The notes under the pieces: generated by a model | Databases searched by the model: none | Told to the model about the DNA's origin: nothing | What the model saw: only the letters and a program-made list of their open reading frames with translations | Part shown: positions 24,370-27,333 of the stretch, in pieces | Position numbering within the stretch: position 1 is the stretch's first letter | Layout: each line of letters opens with the position of its first letter | Translations under genes and position numbers: made by a program | Assembly (NCBI GenBank): GCA_000934665.2 | Contig: KZ538043.1 | Location: 124,001-151,333, forward strand | Reading direction: 5' to 3' | DNA: 27,333 nt | Source of the DNA: Catajapyx aquilonaris | Lineage: Eukaryota

Positions 24370-25592
24370 TCGTGTTCCTTATACATAGAGTGTCATTAAA
24401 CGTTCTGTTCCTCACATGATCTCAGTAATGTAAAGGGTTATATGCAGTACTGTATAGTAGTGTGTAAAGAGTGCAACGAGCATAGAGTCTAACTGGAAGT
24501 CCTTCTCGGTGTTACAAAACGCGGCTTGGACACACAGCCAGCAGCAGCCATGGACAGTCAACGACATTTTTTTGTGGGTGACCCTCGACCCCCGAGCCAT
24601 AATGAACAGTGAAAGTAGTATTTTTTTTTTTCGTCTCTAGTCTTTACAACGAGCATTTTTTTGTTGTGGGCAAAAAAATTATAGAAAAAAGTCAATATGT
24701 AACCAAAAGATTCAGGACACGTGATACTATCGCTGCCATAGTTATATACATATAATACCAGTGCACAGTGTCAGAGAGAAAAAGCAGTGAAAAGACAGTG
24801 TGGCCTAGTCTTCTTATAACCTCTTTTACCCGCAACTATATCAGTCGCTCGCTGAGACGACTGTCACGAAAAATACCCCTTCTCCTTGTGAATAGTACCG
24901 TACATTTTTGCTGTAGATGTCATCAAGTTCTGCACGTATTATACCTTTCAGCGATGAAAAAAAGACAAAAAACTTTTATGTACATACATACATATCAGCC
25001 AGGCGTTTATGTGCCATTTCATTTTTTCAAATACAATACAGATTTCTTTACTGCATGTAATGATATGTCTCCAAAAAAAGACCCAAAGATGTTGATTGTA
25101 GCAAGTTATACTTAGATGAAAGTCAAATAACATTGTTTATAATGAAAAAAATACCTATGTAAAACTGCGCTTGTGATTCATAACGACCCTGAAAATGTAC
25201 TGTCAAACACCTCACGTTCGTTTTTGTCTCCAATTTTCTGTACCTCCAGCAGGTGTCAACAACATAGCCCCAACCTGTGCAAAACATCACCTTACAACCC
25301 CTTGCTTATTATTATCATCATCATCATAAACCCCCTCCTATATACAATTGGCCCATTTCTTCTTCCTTGAAACCCTGCCGTCTCTTATTAAACATGACTC
25401 GCCCCGTTAAAACGATCGGCCCATAACGTATTCTTCTCCCACAGATAGGATTCGTTTTGTAGCTAACTGCCGCTCGTCATGAAGCACGTGAGAAAAAGAC
25501 CTAATGAGTATCCCCCCGCCATTTGACATCTGCACCTCATGTCTTCCTTTCCCACATTCTAAAGCCTCCCCCAACCCAAAAATGTGACGCAT

Positions 25593-25598
25593 AATAAA
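25593..25598 (+). terminator. Candidate polyadenylation signal (AATAAA) for the ham 3' UTR
   Basis: First AATAAA I found after the stop, followed by a T-run and GT-rich sequence at ~25611-25625. An alternative ATTAAA lies at 24395-24400. The true 3' end is unknown. Confidence 0.35.
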
Positions 25599-27263
25599 TG
25601 CCAGATTGGCTTTTTTTTGGTGGTAGGGGGGTGAACACAACGAGAAGAAAGGTCCCTTACGATGGTCGGAACGTTTATTCATATTTAATACGCGTTTACA
25701 AAGAGCTCCGGGGCCATCGATTTGGGGCTTATAGCTTTAAACGCCTTCCGATTGGGGGTAGGTGGGGTGAAGGGGGGGAGTCAGAAGCATGCGAATCTTT
25801 CCGGGGGTGTACCTTGATGGCCGATACTCACGCTAGGAAGTCGCCACAACGTGGGAGAAAAGTGCAGAGGTAAGAGAGAGGGGAAAAATGTACGGGGGAT
25901 ATCGTCTGGGCCATGTCGCACTCGTGACTTTTTTTTGTATTTAAATTAATTGAGTAGACCTTGTAAGGGGGAAATAGGCGGATTTTTTGTGAGCTCTGAT
26001 GGATACAAATGGCCCAGATTTTTAGGCGAAATGATCCGCACAAAAATATGTAGGTCACTTCAACAATTATTTTGGCGCATCAGGCACTACTGAGCAATGG
26101 AATATTTTACTATCTCATTTGAACAGTAAGCTACACATCTGGACTAATGCTATAGTGACTTCGACTCTTATGAATGTCAATAAAATGCAGCCATTCACAA
26201 AATGCCAACATGACATTGGTGGAGACCCATCTTCATAGAACAATTGTGACGTTAGAGTAGGTTAGATTAAGTAGCATTTCTTGACCTAGCGACGAGTGGT
26301 CACTACTGTCATCGACATCGGCTCTCATCATCGGTGCTGCACCTTTAAAGGTAGGAATCACTTTATTTATTATGATTTTTATACAGTTTATTATTGGCAC
26401 TGAACTGCTGTTATTTCGTTGAGCAAAGTCCGTTTTTCAAAAATATGTAAAATTAAAAAAAATTAAGCAGTAATCAAATGTTTGTCATAACTGCAGAAAT
26501 AGTCAGAAATGAATATGCAAGATGTAAAAGGTGGCAATATGAGGCACTAAAAACGACGGAGAAGTTGAGCAATGTAGGCTATATAGTGGGTGGTGACGGG
26601 ATGTTAAAAGTAATATAATTTTTCTAAACACAGGGAAAGTCATTTTCTATTCAAATGTCAAGTGTACTGCACAACTTCCAGATCTCCACTTTAGAAAGAG
26701 ATTTCATCGCCAGACTTTGTTATGCAATTGCAAAGCTAACTTTGGGGCAGTTCTCATAAAAACATGCCAGGTAGAACTCATTATGACATAATAACCCCCT
26801 TTCACATTTCCTCTGAAAAAATGGCAGCTTCTCATAATATTTACTTTAAAATAACTGTAAAACAACCGTCAGAGAAACGTAGGCTACATCCCAGTTGCAC
26901 CGTTCATAATGTACGAATGTTCCAATAAAAGACACCACATTTATCTTATTGCGTGAAGTGCACAATTGCGTTGACATGCAAATGACAAATGAAACTGTAC
27001 AGGATCAGGTTGATTGAATCCTGTAACTTATAATGTGTCTTCCTATGAAAGAAAAAGCTCGTATCTGCCGGTAGGACAATGCCATCCGGTGGGCTGAAAG
27101 TGAAACTGGAAATCGGACGCTGCCGGAGTTGGGCTCCACCTGGCGAAAACCATGCTTCCCTCATGAGCACTACTTATTACTAGTACTGTACTTGACTAGT
27201 AGGCCCTACTTCACTAGTTGAAACAATTCACATACCCATCTAATACATATTTCCAGACCTATA

Positions 27264-27289
27264 TCTGTCTGTCTGTCTCTCTGTCTGTC
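27264..27289. repeat. Short imperfect (TCTG)n microsatellite
   Basis: TCTGTCTGTCTGTCTCTCTGTCTGTC. Confidence 0.7.
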
Positions 27290-27333
27290 ACCTAAACAGA
27301 TCGATACGGAGGCCTCCACATATGCCCCATGGG

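Noticed and set aside
866..25556. Su(H) sites YGTGRGAA (e.g. 866, 2233, 9151, 9777, 25487, 25549)
   Set aside because: About six in 27 kb is close to chance (roughly three expected), and none forms a paired site with 15-17-bp spacing.
1..27333. CRISPR arrays, operons or other prokaryotic systems
   Set aside because: The sequence is a spliced eukaryotic locus with no repeat-spacer array or dense gene packing.

Overview
Eukaryotic, insect-like genomic DNA carrying most of one + strand gene, a hamlet / PRDM3-16 (MECOM/EVI1, PRDM16, egl-43 family) PR-domain zinc-finger transcription factor. Four coding exons join with canonical GT-AG sites and matching phases: 2002-2130, 2674-2797, 11135-11237 and 22236-24369. 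Together they give 829 aa plus stop. The start codon and N-terminal part of the PR domain were not found and probably lie upstream. The protein has a C-terminal PR/SET half, 6 N-terminal fingers, a CtBP motif (PLDLR), 3 C-terminal fingers and an acidic tail. The rest is intron and 3' UTR/flank. It contains a short retroposed insertion with a 15-bp target-site duplication, two ~105-bp fold-backs whose transition mismatches are all U:G in pre-mRNA sense, a 63-bp palindrome, a degenerate 133-bp tandem duplication, microsatellites, a promoter-like motif cluster after exon 3 and two assembly gaps. No new multi-gene system is evident. The best leads are the intronic fold-backs and a possible internal promoter for a PR-less isoform.
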